A stretch of 64,000 nt of DNA from Octopus sinensis (lineage: Eukaryota), in the NCBI RefSeq assembly GCF_006345805.1, contig NC_043014.1:19344001-19408000 (forward strand), written 5' to 3'. Positions within the stretch are counted from its first letter, which is position 1. Each line of letters opens with the position of its first letter. Of the stretch, positions 52,045 to 64,000 are shown one piece after another. Below the pieces are notes generated by a model that saw only the letters and a program-made list of their open reading frames with translations, had not been told where the DNA came from and did not search any database. The translations under genes and the position numbers were made by a program.

Positions 52045-52178
52045 ATCGCTACGCGCGTTTCTTCAAGTCACATTATTCTTAAGGTCATAGTCCGCATTTC
52101 TGGTATGATTACAGTGTGGTCCGTATTATCCGTGCGCATCCGGTTGATCATCATCATTGATTCATTTCTTCAGGCGAT
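52045..52178 (-). ncRNA. Hammerhead-like motif with intact core boxes and a long domain II insert
   Basis: ATCGC-CTGAAGA-(about 105 nt)-GAAA-CGCGCG-TA-GCGAT. Stem I is perfect and helix III is palindromic, but stem II is unclear. Homolog at 56202-56280. Confidence 0.6.
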
Positions 52179-52817
52179 ATAACATTTGTGGATGCACCAC
52201 AGGGGTATGGTCTCCCCTTTTTACCCGTATGAAGGTCAAGTGAGTTATAACGGATACTACGGGCTACAATGTTATCATCCCAGGATACGTGTGTGTGTGT
52301 GTGTGTGTGTATGTGCGTGTGTATGTGCGCGCGCGCGTGTGTGTGTGTGTGTGCATGTGAACGATATGTAAGTCTATAAATTTGTCTATTCATAACTGTG
52401 CATATATATAATCCCACATACGTATCCACCTATATGTGGGTGTATATGTTGGGCATCATATGAATTTAGGAACCCGAGAACATGAAATAATTCTTTTTCT
52501 GAACGTTGAATCTCGAAGCAAATATTGCAATGAATTTTAGTATATACATAATGGATGAAAATGCCTACTGGATAGGAAGTCTCAAACCTGAAACTTTTTT
52601 TATGCCAAGTTATCTATATAATTCTCTATAAGTATCATCATGCATATGTATGTGTGTGTGCTCGTGCGTTTGTGTGTATGTGTGTGTGAACACACATGAC
52701 TGTTTCCGATGGTATACATTTATACACACACAAATACAGACACACAGACACAGACAGACAGACACACCCACATAGACACACACAGACACACACACACACA
52801 CACACAAAGAGAGAAAT

Positions 52818-52850
<33 letters not shown>

Positions 52851-52869
52851 CACGCACCAAAGTAAGCGC

Positions 52870-53111
52870 TTAAATGTGAAACAAGGTGGAAAAAATAGTA
52901 TAAGCATACCAGAAGTAGAGTAATACGCTTTAGTAAATAAAGCTGCAAAGACATCACAAAAACTGTTAATCCGAGTTTCACGTTCCCGTTTGTCGGAAAG
53001 TTTTCGTTGAGAATGGAATAAAAATTTAGTCTCCATTCTCAACCAAAGCTGTCCGGCGAACGGGAACATAAAACTCTGAGTAACAACTTTTGTGATATTT
53101 ACAGCTTTATT
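52870..53111. mobile_element. Asymmetric fold-back PLE-type terminus with two hammerhead-like arms (52963-53000 minus, 53049-53085 plus)
   Basis: Hairpin 52936-53111 with inner stem GTTGAGAATGGA/TCCATTCTCAAC; same family and architecture as 45850-46064. Confidence 0.75.
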
Positions 53112-53694
53112 AATAATGTGTGTGTATGTGTGTGTATGTATGTGTGTGTGTGTGTGTGTATGTGTTTGTATGTAAATATTTGGTGACAGAAACTGTCATG
53201 CCACCATAGTGAACTGCTTACCTTTTTGTGTAATAACTACGTACTTCTGAATCTTATCATTAACGTGGACCAGGTTATAAAACAGTTATCTTTGGTTAAA
53301 TCCAGCTCATTTAGAGAAGACTTCGCAAATGTCAACCAGCAAAAGTATTCAGGTAAGTAACAATTTCTCATAGATCGTTGTATAACAGAAAGTGGTTCTC
53401 GTGACAGCAGGTCACAAAGTTAGCAAGAGATATTCTATCGCACTTTTCAACTGCACGAAAGCCTGTAAAAATTCTACAAATTCTATAAATCTTTTTGGTA
53501 AATCCATGCAGCGTTCAAAGAGCATCAAGACATGCAGAGAAGCCAAATTTCTGAACTTCTTAAATTTCAGTGTAACGTATGAGTGACTATCATACATATA
53601 CAAACACAGGACTGTATGTATATGTATACGTTTGTGTTTGTGTGTGTGTGAGAGAGAGTATGTGTGTATGTGTGTGAGAGAGAGAGAGAAGACT

Positions 53695-53945
53695 CGGGGG
53701 ATCACTGGTTAAGGTGTTAGGTTCATGGCAGTAAGGTAATGGATTCGATTCCTGGCTGTGCGCCGTGTCCTTCGGCAAGACACTTCATTTCAAGTTGCTT
53801 CAGTCCACTCAGGTAGCAAAAATTAGTACTACATGTAATTCAAAGGGCCGGCCTTGTCACATTCTGTATTACGCTAAGGGTAAGCGTGACTGTTGAGTGA
53901 ACAGCCACTTGCACGTTAATTTCACGTGCAGGATGTTCCGTTGAT
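53695..53945 (+). mobile_element. tRNA-derived SINE, family C
   Basis: A-box-like CACTGGTTAAG, B-box GGATTCGATTCC, then GTGTCCTTCGGCAAGACACTTCATTTC (V/CORE-like central segment). Confidence 0.65.
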
Positions 53946-53974
53946 TCTGAATGAAGGAGTGCGTGCGTTCGTGT

Positions 53975-54020
<46 letters not shown>

Positions 54021-54479
54021 TGTGTGTGTGTGTGTGTGAGTGTGTGTAGCATAAGTTTAAAAATCAGCTCAAATTATGCCATAGTGAACAAATGTATAAA
54101 TTTTAAAATGCATTAAAAAATTGTTTTGCAATTCCAAAATATAGTACCATTGAATGACTTTTAGCTTTGTTGTAGCTTTCAGCTTTGAAACATGCACGGG
54201 AAGATGTGATGGCTAATGTAGTTTTACATTTTATTTATAAAATATACAAAACTCAATTTAATGACACTGTATTCTGAAGCAAATAGAAATAACATTCAAT
54301 GCATTTACGAACTTTACTTTTCATACGCTCTCGATGTATATATGTTTGTTTCCATGGTAACGCAATTTTTTGTTTATTGTAATAACGGATAAAGTTATTC
54401 ACTTCAAAATTTGATACTGATTAGAAGGTATGTATATTTTTCTCCTTTGTTAATCTTGTTACTTATGATAATCTGATTT

Positions 54480-55850
54480 CTTATGGAGTATTTTATATAT
54501 CGTATTATGTGTAGAGATGTTGTTTTCTTTTGTATGTTTATGTATGTGTGAATTTGTGTGCGTGTGCGTATTTGATTGTATCGAGTTTTGTAAGTATTAT
54601 TTGTATGTGTGAGTGTGTATATGGTTATGTTTGTGGGTGTGTGTATATGTGTGTGTATTTATGTGTATTGTGTAATGGGTTGTATCTTTATATTTATACT
54701 TGTATGTATGGATTTTATTTATCATGATTATTTTACTAAGAATTTTTTGTATGTAGGTATGGGTGTGTATGTATGTGTGAGAGTGTACAAGTGTAAGTGT
54801 AGATGTGGGAGTGTATGAGTGCTATGTAATTGGGTGTGATTATTTATGCACTTGTATATATGTAAGTTTTGAATGTGCGTGTGTTTGCACCCGTCTGCGT
54901 GTACACACTCTTTTTTATATATATTAATATATATGAGTTTTCGTTTTTCATGGTCGTTTTTTAAAGTTTGTTTGTATCGGGACTTGTACGTATGTATATG
55001 TATGTGTGAGTGTGTATATGGTTATGTTTGTGGGTGTGTGTATATATGTGTGTGTATTTGTGTGTATTGTGTTAGGGTTTGTATAGTCATATTTATACTT
55101 GAATGTATGGATTTCATTTCCATTCATAATTTTTTCAAATGTTTGATATCCACGTGCTAAGAATTGTTCGGTTTTCTTTTGAGTGTTTATGTATGTGTGA
55201 AAATGTGTGTGTGTGTGTGTGTGATTGTTTGCGTAATTTATTTATCTGTATGGGTGTGGGTGTTTATATATTGGTATATATCGTGTTCTGTATGTATGTG
55301 TATGTATATGTATGTGTGAGCGGGTATATGTATATTGTTTATGAATTGAGTGTTGTATGTGTGTGTGAGGAAGTATGAATAAGTAATGTGTTGAGTGTAT
55401 GAGCATGTATGTGTATATATAGTTTATTTTTTGTTTTTTGTTTTTTGTTTTTAGGTTTTGGTTTTGGTTTTTTGCTTGTTGTTTTTTGGTTTTTGTACAT
55501 TTTTAAATATGAGAAATTTTATAATAGGTTTTTATATTCAATTGTTTATAGGGTTTATTTTAGATTATTTTAGATTATATATTGATTATATATAGATTAT
55601 ATATAGATTATATATAGATTATATTTTTATTTCTTTCATTGATAATTTTATTGTTTTATTATTTTAAATTATTTTAAATTATATTTTAAAATATTGCTAT
55701 TCTTAGATCGAAAATCCACCTGAAGATTGTCGGAGCAGACATGAAACATTTTTAGTGGCGGTTTATTTAATTTATATTAAAATTTTATGTATTGATTAAG
55801 TCTTTCCTTGTTTGGTTTTAAAATAGTGGTTTTGTCTCGAATTATATTAT
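54480..55850 (+). mobile_element. Probable PLE 3' UTR (degenerate GT-rich duplications) and terminus with a degenerate hammerhead at 55716-55758
   Basis: A block of about 120 bp at 54603-54720 is repeated at 55000-55120. CCAC-CTGAAGA-TTGTC(GGAGCA)GACAT-GAAA-CATTTTTA-GTGG follows, and the element ends at (TA)n. Confidence 0.55.
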
Positions 55851-55869
55851 ATATATATATAATATATAT

Positions 55870-55903
<34 letters not shown>

Positions 55904-55944
55904 CATATGTATATATAGACATATATATACGCATGTATATACAT

Positions 55945-55992
<48 letters not shown>

Positions 55993-56201
55993 ATATATAT
56001 ATATTTATATCTTTTGAATTTGTTTACTGGGAATGTTTTCAATTTGCAAATAAAGTTCCCATTCCATTTGGCCGGCCATAATCTATTAATGCTTGCTGGT
56101 GAATCAGTTTTGAGGTTTAATCGAGCTGTATCGATATAAAGTGGGATTAATATAGTAATAATAGCAATAATACTTGGATAGAATTTATAAATATTTATTG
56201 T

Positions 56202-56280
56202 ATCGCTACGCGCGTTTCCTCATGTCAAATGTCTCTTAGGATCATAGCCAAAATTCTTGGCATTCATTTCTTTAGGCGAT
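56202..56280 (-). ncRNA. Hammerhead-like motif, core G5A substitution (homolog of 52045-52178)
   Basis: ATCGC-CTAAAGA-(50 nt)-GAAA-CGCGCG-TA-GCGAT. Confidence 0.55.
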
Positions 56281-57084
56281 ATAATATTAATGGAATATTT
56301 ATCTCTTTTTACCAGTGGAGATGTTGGTTGATATATGTACGTATTCATACACGCATGTATGTACATGTGTTTATAAATGCATATATACATTTATCAATGT
56401 ATACCTATAGAAATATTCACACACACGCGCACATAGATACACACACACACACATACACACATACGGAAAGGGGTGCATACACATATGCACTGAAAATCTT
56501 CTTTAGCCATCTCTAATTTTCTTTCTTTCATAAAAAAAGACAATACTACTTTGTTAGCGACTAGCGTCTAATCTGCAAGGTAATTTGATAAATGTCAAAG
56601 AAAGATAACAAATTCATACATACACACATTCGTACACACTACTTTTTTCTTGCAGTTCTATCTATCTACCTATGTCTTCCTCTTTCTCCCTGTATATATA
56701 TACACTCACGCGCACACACTCATATTTATATGCATATTCTATATATGTAAGCGAAGTTGTATATTATAAATTATATAATAATTGATACAGGCTCCAACAA
56801 AAATTTTGGTCGATGCATATAAAAACAGGCAGGTTGCTGATATAATTCTCAAAATCAAGAGTCAAACGCTGCACTTAATATCACGAAGAATATAGATACA
56901 TTACTGTCTCCCTACCTGTTTCGATGAACACAATTAAAATGCCAAAACGTTCAAGTATTAAGATTCATAAATTAAAGTCTGTGTTGACAAAAGGAGCCAT
57001 TATTGAATTTCGTGTGAAAATATCTTTGGAACACTTCCGAATCAGAATATTATTGCGACGATTTATTCCCTTTGTAAGATGAAT

Positions 57085-57091
57085 CTCATAT

Positions 57092-57190
<99 letters not shown>

Positions 57191-57242
57191 TATATGTATA
57201 TATATATATATGTATATATATATATGTATATAATATATATAT

Positions 57243-57291
<49 letters not shown>

Positions 57292-57325
57292 ATATATATA
57301 TATATGTGTATTTAAACATATATAC
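57085..57325. repeat. (TA)-rich microsatellite field
   Basis: Direct observation. Confidence 0.95.
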
Positions 57326-57944
57326 ATACACTTTTGCACAGTGATACACGTTTGTATGAGTACATGGGTGTACACAAACACTTATTCCAGCTATTACACA
57401 TATACACACACCCCCTATGTATATGGTGTCAGAATGTGTCGACAATGTAAAAGAAACAGGTGGTACGAATATGAGCGTGTAGATCAATGACTGCAATAAA
57501 TACATGCGCACAGTCGCATTCGTATTCGCACAAACACGTATATCATACGCTCACAAATATATTTCAGTGACTGTGCGACGTGTGTGTGTCTGTGTGTATA
57601 TGTTTGTGTATAACGCGAGAGCACGAAACAAAGGATGCTGTTATTCGCAATAATATTTCAATTAAGACTTATTCTAAAGAAAATTTCAAACAAAAGATAA
57701 ACTACCAAAACGACTGTCTTTGTTGGAATTATTTGAAGCAACGAATGTCAATACTTGAAACATTTTGTAGCTTATACATATTTCTAAAGGATGTTAAATA
57801 GATAGCAATATTTCGTGTTGAGAAATGCAGCTCTTGCTTTCTGTTGGTGTCAACTGAGTAGCCTCATCCAGCATGCATTTATACAATTTACAGAAAGTTC
57901 AGATACTGACAACATATAGAACCATGCATGCGTACACACACATG

Positions 57945-57992
<48 letters not shown>

Positions 57993-58339
57993 AATGTAAT
58001 GGCAAATATCGAAAACTGGATTTAGGAAATCATTTTAATGCGTCGTTTACAATCGTTTCATTATCGTTCAGTAAGACCAATGTTGCCAAATGTCATAACC
58101 ATGTTGACAAATATTATTTGCTTTCCATGTGTTATAAAACAAATCCTACATAATACATGAAAATTAGTCAATAAGTTATTTGCGATCTCAAATTTTTCGA
58201 TATTTGTCATACACATCTCATGAATATCTTGTGATTTTTAGATAATAGAAGTGGTTGCGTGAAACACTCCCCACTGTCAAAATTTCAGATAACCATTATC
58301 TGAAGAATGTTTCATGAAAACACCAGGATTTTACATCCA

Positions 58340-58376
<37 letters not shown>

Positions 58377-58394
58377 TATATTGGACTTTCCCCC

Positions 58395-58429
58395 TGTTTC
58401 TGAAGAGGGGTTTTACTCGAAACGTTAAA
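58395..58429 (+). ncRNA. Minimal type I hammerhead in a solo PLE terminus (about 58375-58540)
   Basis: GTTT-CTGAAGA-GGGGTTTTACTC-GAAA-CG-TT-AAAC with intact core. Downstream CCTGAGCG-C..CTAATAC is shared with 30283-30300. Lies between (CT)n and (TA)n. Confidence 0.72.
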
Positions 58430-58534
58430 CCACCTTTCTTTCCTTGCCTGAGCGTCTGCTAATACTTTACATGTATCACGTCCTCACGTTGTTGTTTTTT
58501 GTGTTTGTTCTTTGGTTTTTTTTGGGGGGGGATT

Positions 58535-58578
<44 letters not shown>

Positions 58579-58941
58579 GTTCTGTCGGCTTAACAGTAGG
58601 CATATAATAATAATTCAATGTAAAATCTGAGTAAAATGATGTCACTTATTAATAGCTTTTCCGCTATTTTTAACTTTAACGATACAACTTGTCTGTTCAA
58701 TACCAAAATGCGATAATGGTAAAAATAATCTTCTAAACTTTCAATTATTGTAAAATGACGTTGCAAATATCTAAAACAAAAGTTAATGCTGTTCGCTATC
58801 TGTCAACCACTTGGCTTCCATATAAGCCTCTTTATAAAAGCAAATGCGCAGGACTTATGTTTATGCTTTTCTCTTTCAAATGAAGACACAGTATATTTCA
58901 CACGTAAGATATGTACCAACTTACTCTTTACATATATATAT

Positions 58942-58998
<57 letters not shown>

Positions 58999-59228
58999 GA
59001 CAGACAGACAGCCTGACAGACAGACAGCCTGACAGACAGACAGTGACAGAGACAAACAGACAGATAGAGAGAGGAGTAGAGTGAGCAAGAGGAAGTTCAT
59101 ACGGAGTTAAAAAGTGTTAGAAACTATTGGTCAGGATTTCAGGCAATACAACAGAACCCGATACCACGTTGTTGTGAAGGAAATCTCTTAAACCACCGAG
59201 TCATATTTTTTAAGCACACACACACACA

Positions 59229-59276
<48 letters not shown>

Positions 59277-61196
59277 ACACACACACACACATACACAAAC
59301 ACATGTGCGTGTGTGTGTGTGTAAACAATAAATTAAATAGTGAGATACAAATGGCAATCCAACAATTTATTTATATTTATTTATATTTAACACAATATAA
59401 TATAATATAATATAATATGAGATAGCATAAACAATTATTTAAAAAAACAAAAACCCAACAATTTGTTTCGAATTATATACATTGTTTGATATATATAAAG
59501 CATTCAATTCCCTTATATATAAGCCTCATCGGGGCAATTGGTGTGTACATAGAGGAAATTTCGTGTGAAGAATTGATGGATTGTAAAAACAATTAATTCA
59601 AATGCTTATGTATTATGAGCGGGAGCATTAGCCAGTCAACTACATATAAATTACATAAAAAAATTAAAAAACAACAGAATTATAACGGACAAGACAATTA
59701 AGTAAGTAGAATCTACAACCATCGAAATATATTTCTATATATCTCAAATAATATCAATCCAAACTCGTTTATGTCTAAGACAATCTTTCGCTATTACAAT
59801 AACATACAATAAAATATATGTATATAATTGAGTATCAGGGTCTTATCAAACCTAGAAACTGTAATAAAACGTATAAAAAGATACAAATGACAATTATATA
59901 TTTAATAATAAGAGTAGAAATTAATATTGTCAAATAATATTATTAAATAATATCAATTTCAACTAGCGGTCACCATACTTAAAAACGTCCGAGGACCATG
60001 AATGTTATTTAAACATAAGCAATATAAATGATAAATGTATTTTTAATATAGAATAACTTTTTTATTTCTACAAAGTTATTGATATAAAAAAAAGTTGTTT
60101 AAAGTAACCAATAAAGTGTGTTCTATATTTATCGTTTATCGGAAGGAGAACTCCGTAATATATATGAATAAAAATCTATCAAAAATTTGTCTTTGTTTAC
60201 TTAATTTATAGTAGGGAGAATTCCGTAATAAATATGATGATAAATTTAGAGCTACAAACCCTACAACCTATATTACCCCATAGATATAGAGTTAGGCTAT
60301 AACAATGGATATCAAAATATTACTAGATTTTTAGAATTGACGAGATAATATAAGGATTATTTATTATTCATATATTATTGAAGGGAAAACTCATAACATT
60401 ATACGTATCATAATTATACTTACTAAATTATTGGATTGACATTTGTATTTCTCTATTTAATATATTGTTTGTAATTCGAATTATACCCATATTTATGTGG
60501 TATTCAACCGACGTACCAGTGAACTTTATGCTTTACATCACCCTTTGAAGGAATTTTTTCCTTTGTTTCTTACCTTATACACAGACAGACAGACACACGT
60601 GTATATATATATACACACACACATATATATACGCACATATATATATATATACACAAATATCTTATAATTATAATTGTGTTTATAATTATAAAATATTTGT
60701 ATATTTTTACCTATAAAGGATATTTTAACGAACCGATCTACTTGTTCAAATTATTAATTAATTGATTGATTAATTAATTAATTTAATTGATAATTTTTTT
60801 ACACTTTTATCGTTAATTATATATATATATATGTATATATATAATTGAAAGAGAGTTAGAGGTTGTGCATCCAACCAACTAAGGGATAATCTCTAACCAA
60901 TATGCTGCTGGTAGAATACCCAATTAATACTCAAGTGTTGGTTATTGCGTGGCAATTACACTACTGTGTAGAATAATTAGGCAAGGGTAATAAGTGGTTT
61001 TACCCGAAATCTATATGGCATGAAGAAAATGGAAGTAATCCAGAGGTAGTATCCATCAGCTGTTAGACATATATATATACATACATACATACATACATAC
61101 ATACATACATGCATACATACATACATACATACATACAAACATACATATATATGTGCATAAATTAGCCCTATGAACTTCTTGGACTATCTTACAAAA

Positions 61197-61310
61197 CTCT
61201 CTGACGAAGCCTAGAGGCATACCCAAGAACCCCAATTATTTACAGTACACTGAAAACATGGAAAAAAACATGTGGGGTACTGTGACCTCTTGGCAGAAAC
61301 AGCTGTAGGA
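61197..61310 (+). ncRNA. Type I hammerhead with intact core and extended domain II
   Basis: TCT-CTGACGA-A-GCCTAGAGG-(about 68 nt)-CCTCTTGGC-A-GAAA-CAGCTG-TA-GGA. Helix III is the palindrome ACAGCTGT; stem I is weak. Confidence 0.68.
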
Positions 61311-61360
61311 AACTGCTCTTCTCTCTCTATTCTAGAAATTACTAGTATTTTACACATGTT

Positions 61361-61396
<36 letters not shown>

Positions 61397-61404
61397 ATAT
61401 ATAC

Positions 61405-61580
61405 ATACATATTAGAGGGAAACCACTATGTGGACACCCTTATGCTAGAAATAGATCCGCTATGGTCTTACCACTAAGAAATGTTCTCAATTTTCTTGAG
61501 AACATTATTAGTGGTAAGACCATAGCGGATCTATTTCTAGCATAAGGGTGTCCACATAGTGGTTTCCCTCTAATATGTAT
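61405..61580. repeat. Near-perfect 176-bp palindrome (arms 86 and 85 nt, 5-nt loop) in a TA/TACA tract
   Basis: Arms match except for one mismatch and one indel near the loop. Confidence 0.95.
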
Positions 61581-61672
61581 ATAATACAATTTTACTGAAC
61601 CTTCAGTTTTTTTTATATGCTAGACCACTGGTGTGAAATCGATGTTAATTAAATTAATATCTAATTTTTCAC

Positions 61673-61997
61673 CTACTATAGCCTCGGGCCGACCAAAGCC
61701 TTGTGAGGGGATTTGGTAGACGGAAACTGAAAGAAGCCCGTCGTATATATGTATATATATATATGTGTGTGTGTGTGTGAGTGTTTGTGTGTCTGTGTTT
61801 GTCACCCTAGCATTTCTTGACAACCGATGCTGGTGTGTTTACGTTTCCGTTACTTAGCGGTTCGGCAAAATAGACCGATAGAATAAGTACTGGGCTTACA
61901 AAAGATTAAGTCCCGGGTTCGAGTTGCTCGATTAAAGGCGGTGCCCCAGCATGGCCGCAGTCAAATGACTGAAACAAGTAAAAGAGTAAAAGAGAGA
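61673..61997 (+). mobile_element. SINE family A, 5'-truncated
   Basis: Body and tail match. Confidence 0.9.
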
Positions 61998-62670
61998 GAT
62001 ATATAATATAATGTCTAACGGCTGATAAATACTTCCTTATTCTTCATATTCTTTTTGCCATAAATATATACAGTTATATTATTATTAATAAACATGATGA
62101 GCTTATTGTAAGTTGCCAATATTTTAAATAGAAATGTTTTTCTATACTATAAACATGTTATCATTATAACTATACTCACTAATTTATGGCTCAAGTTTAA
62201 TGCTTAGTCAACATAATATAATGCAATAAATAAACATAAACATATATATACATACAAGCAAAATATATATATATGTGTGTGTGTGTGTGTGTATGTATGT
62301 GTGTGTGTGCGTGCATGTGTGCGTGTGTGTTTGTATGTAACATTTATTTGGGGACGAACCTCTTGAAACAGTCTGAGCTAATTTGGAATACTCCTTTCTA
62401 TACAGAAATCAGCAAGTAGATCATTCGATTCATGCAGAAGCTGATCCGGCTTGAATTTTATCAAGCGAATCATTAGAAATAGCATAAGATAAAAAGAAAT
62501 ACTCAGATCTCTGTATTCGGATGTGCGCATTATTATTGAAAGTGCCAAATCAAGCCGAAACGGTATTGATTTATCTGCTGTTCGTCTGGTGTTTTTCTCA
62601 GCGAACTCTATGTTTCTTAATAAACAATGTAGCTTAAAACTTTACTTCAGGCAGAATATCACTGCTTCCA

Positions 62671-62768
<98 letters not shown>

Positions 62769-62982
62769 TATGAGAGGTATTGGTGTCAAGAAAACCCAAA
62801 GGTGTCGGGTAATGCTGAGTAAGTACTATGGACGGACTATCATTAAGCTCCAGGCTCGGTGATTATGCGAATGAGGTGTCCAACGTAGGTCATATATCAC
62901 CATGTGCATGCTTGAAAAAAATTAACAGAATGATATAAAAATCCAACGCCGTGAAAGAATTCAGAACATTTACAAATAGAAA

Positions 62983-63029
62983 GTCTTACAGCTGTTTCCG
63001 GGATATTTTATACATCACTTCATCGGAGA
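62983..63029 (-). ncRNA. Hammerhead-like motif with C at core position 4
   Basis: TCT-CCGATGA-A-GTGAT(loop)ATCCC-G-GAAA-CAGCTG-TA-AGA. Confidence 0.6.
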
Positions 63030-63347
63030 TGGTGTGAGAAGATGGTTAAGCAATAGTTATTCTAGCTAGGATATGAAATAGAGAGAGAAGTGGAGGAATG
63101 AAAACAGACGTGAGATAGCAGGGATATTGTATCTGCAGTTCATTATTTAGTAGAATGGTATACGTATAAGATTCCTCTACCTTGTAAGTTCCAATAGTAT
63201 TTAAAATTGGTCATTCCAAGCATAGAGTTTGTAAACGGTGTTATTGAATCGAGCGTCTTTTTTATATATACATACTGCGTCATTTCTTGATATCATGTTG
63301 CTTATTTTGATTTTATTCAAATATATATATATATAGGTATATTATTT

Positions 63348-63474
63348 TATTTATTAGGGAATAACATTCCCGGCATCACAGGGGTTCAAATTATTCTCAA
63401 TGAGGAATATATATCTCCTCATTAAGAATAATTTGAACACCCGTGATGCGGGAATTTTTATTCCCTAATAAATA
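63348..63474. repeat. Imperfect 127-bp palindrome flanked by (TA)n
   Basis: TATTTATTAGGGAATAA...TTCAAATTATTCTCAATGAGGA, 9-nt loop, TCCTCATTAAGAATAATTTGAA...TTATTCCCTAATAAATA. Confidence 0.9.
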
Positions 63475-63523
<49 letters not shown>

Positions 63524-64000
63524 TGTATGTATGTATGTATGTATGTATGTGTGTGTGTATGTATGTATGTATATGTATATATTCCGAGTTAAATGCAGCA
63601 CTAGTGTTATAAACATTATCGACCACACTAGCTCAATGTACGTGTTTTGTTTGTTCACTGATCCGATGTTGTACAGCGTTGCTAAAGTGCTATGCCGTAG
63701 CAAACCGGCGAACAAGCAAAGGACAAGGTCTTAGTATGTGCGGTTTTATTATAAACAAACACATGCACGCGCCCGCACATACACACACACACACACACCA
63801 CACACACACACACACGTACACACACACACACATACACAAAACAATTTTCTGCTCTCATTATATTACGTGTATAACGATGTTAAGTGAAATGCAAGTGTAA
63901 TATTGTGTCATGAAATTAGTTTAATTTTATAAAAATCATTCACCAATTATCAAGAGATAGGAAACACACGCTCAGCTTATAAGAGAACTGGTTCATCCAT

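Noticed and set aside
53274-53352. Plus-strand candidate exon ending CAG|GTAAGT
   Set aside because: A single good donor with a weak acceptor and no partner exons is expected by chance in 64 kb.
59340-60830. Mitochondrial insertion (NUMT)
   Set aside because: AT content is suggestive, but I recognised no mitochondrial rRNA, tRNA or protein motif.

Overview
AT-rich, microsatellite-dense animal genomic DNA. The SINE types and repeat load are most consistent with an octopus or other coleoid cephalopod (inference). One host gene is recoverable by hand on the minus strand: a PLEKHG7-like DH-domain RhoGEF. Six short exons (49654-49573, 37717-37542, 36079-36033, 33819-33721, 14191-14039, 12356-12261) have GT-AG boundaries and splice in phase into one reading frame; the gene continues beyond both ends of this chain. 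The rest is mobile DNA: a nearly full-length decayed Tx1/L1-clade LINE, three R4/Dong-like RLE retrotransposon 3' ends abutting (TAA)n arrays, Penelope-like element (PLE) fragments, a Tc1 copy, a mariner fragment and many tRNA-derived SINEs. The most unusual signal is about 16 minimal type I hammerhead-ribozyme-like motifs from several PLE-type families. Many sit in fold-back palindromes inserted in (TA)n tracts. One family has a non-canonical C at core position 4, and one element couples a tRNA-derived Pol III head to a hammerhead terminus inside a single target-site duplication. All alignments and folds were done by eye and no database search was run. Most coordinates of repeat boundaries are approximate.
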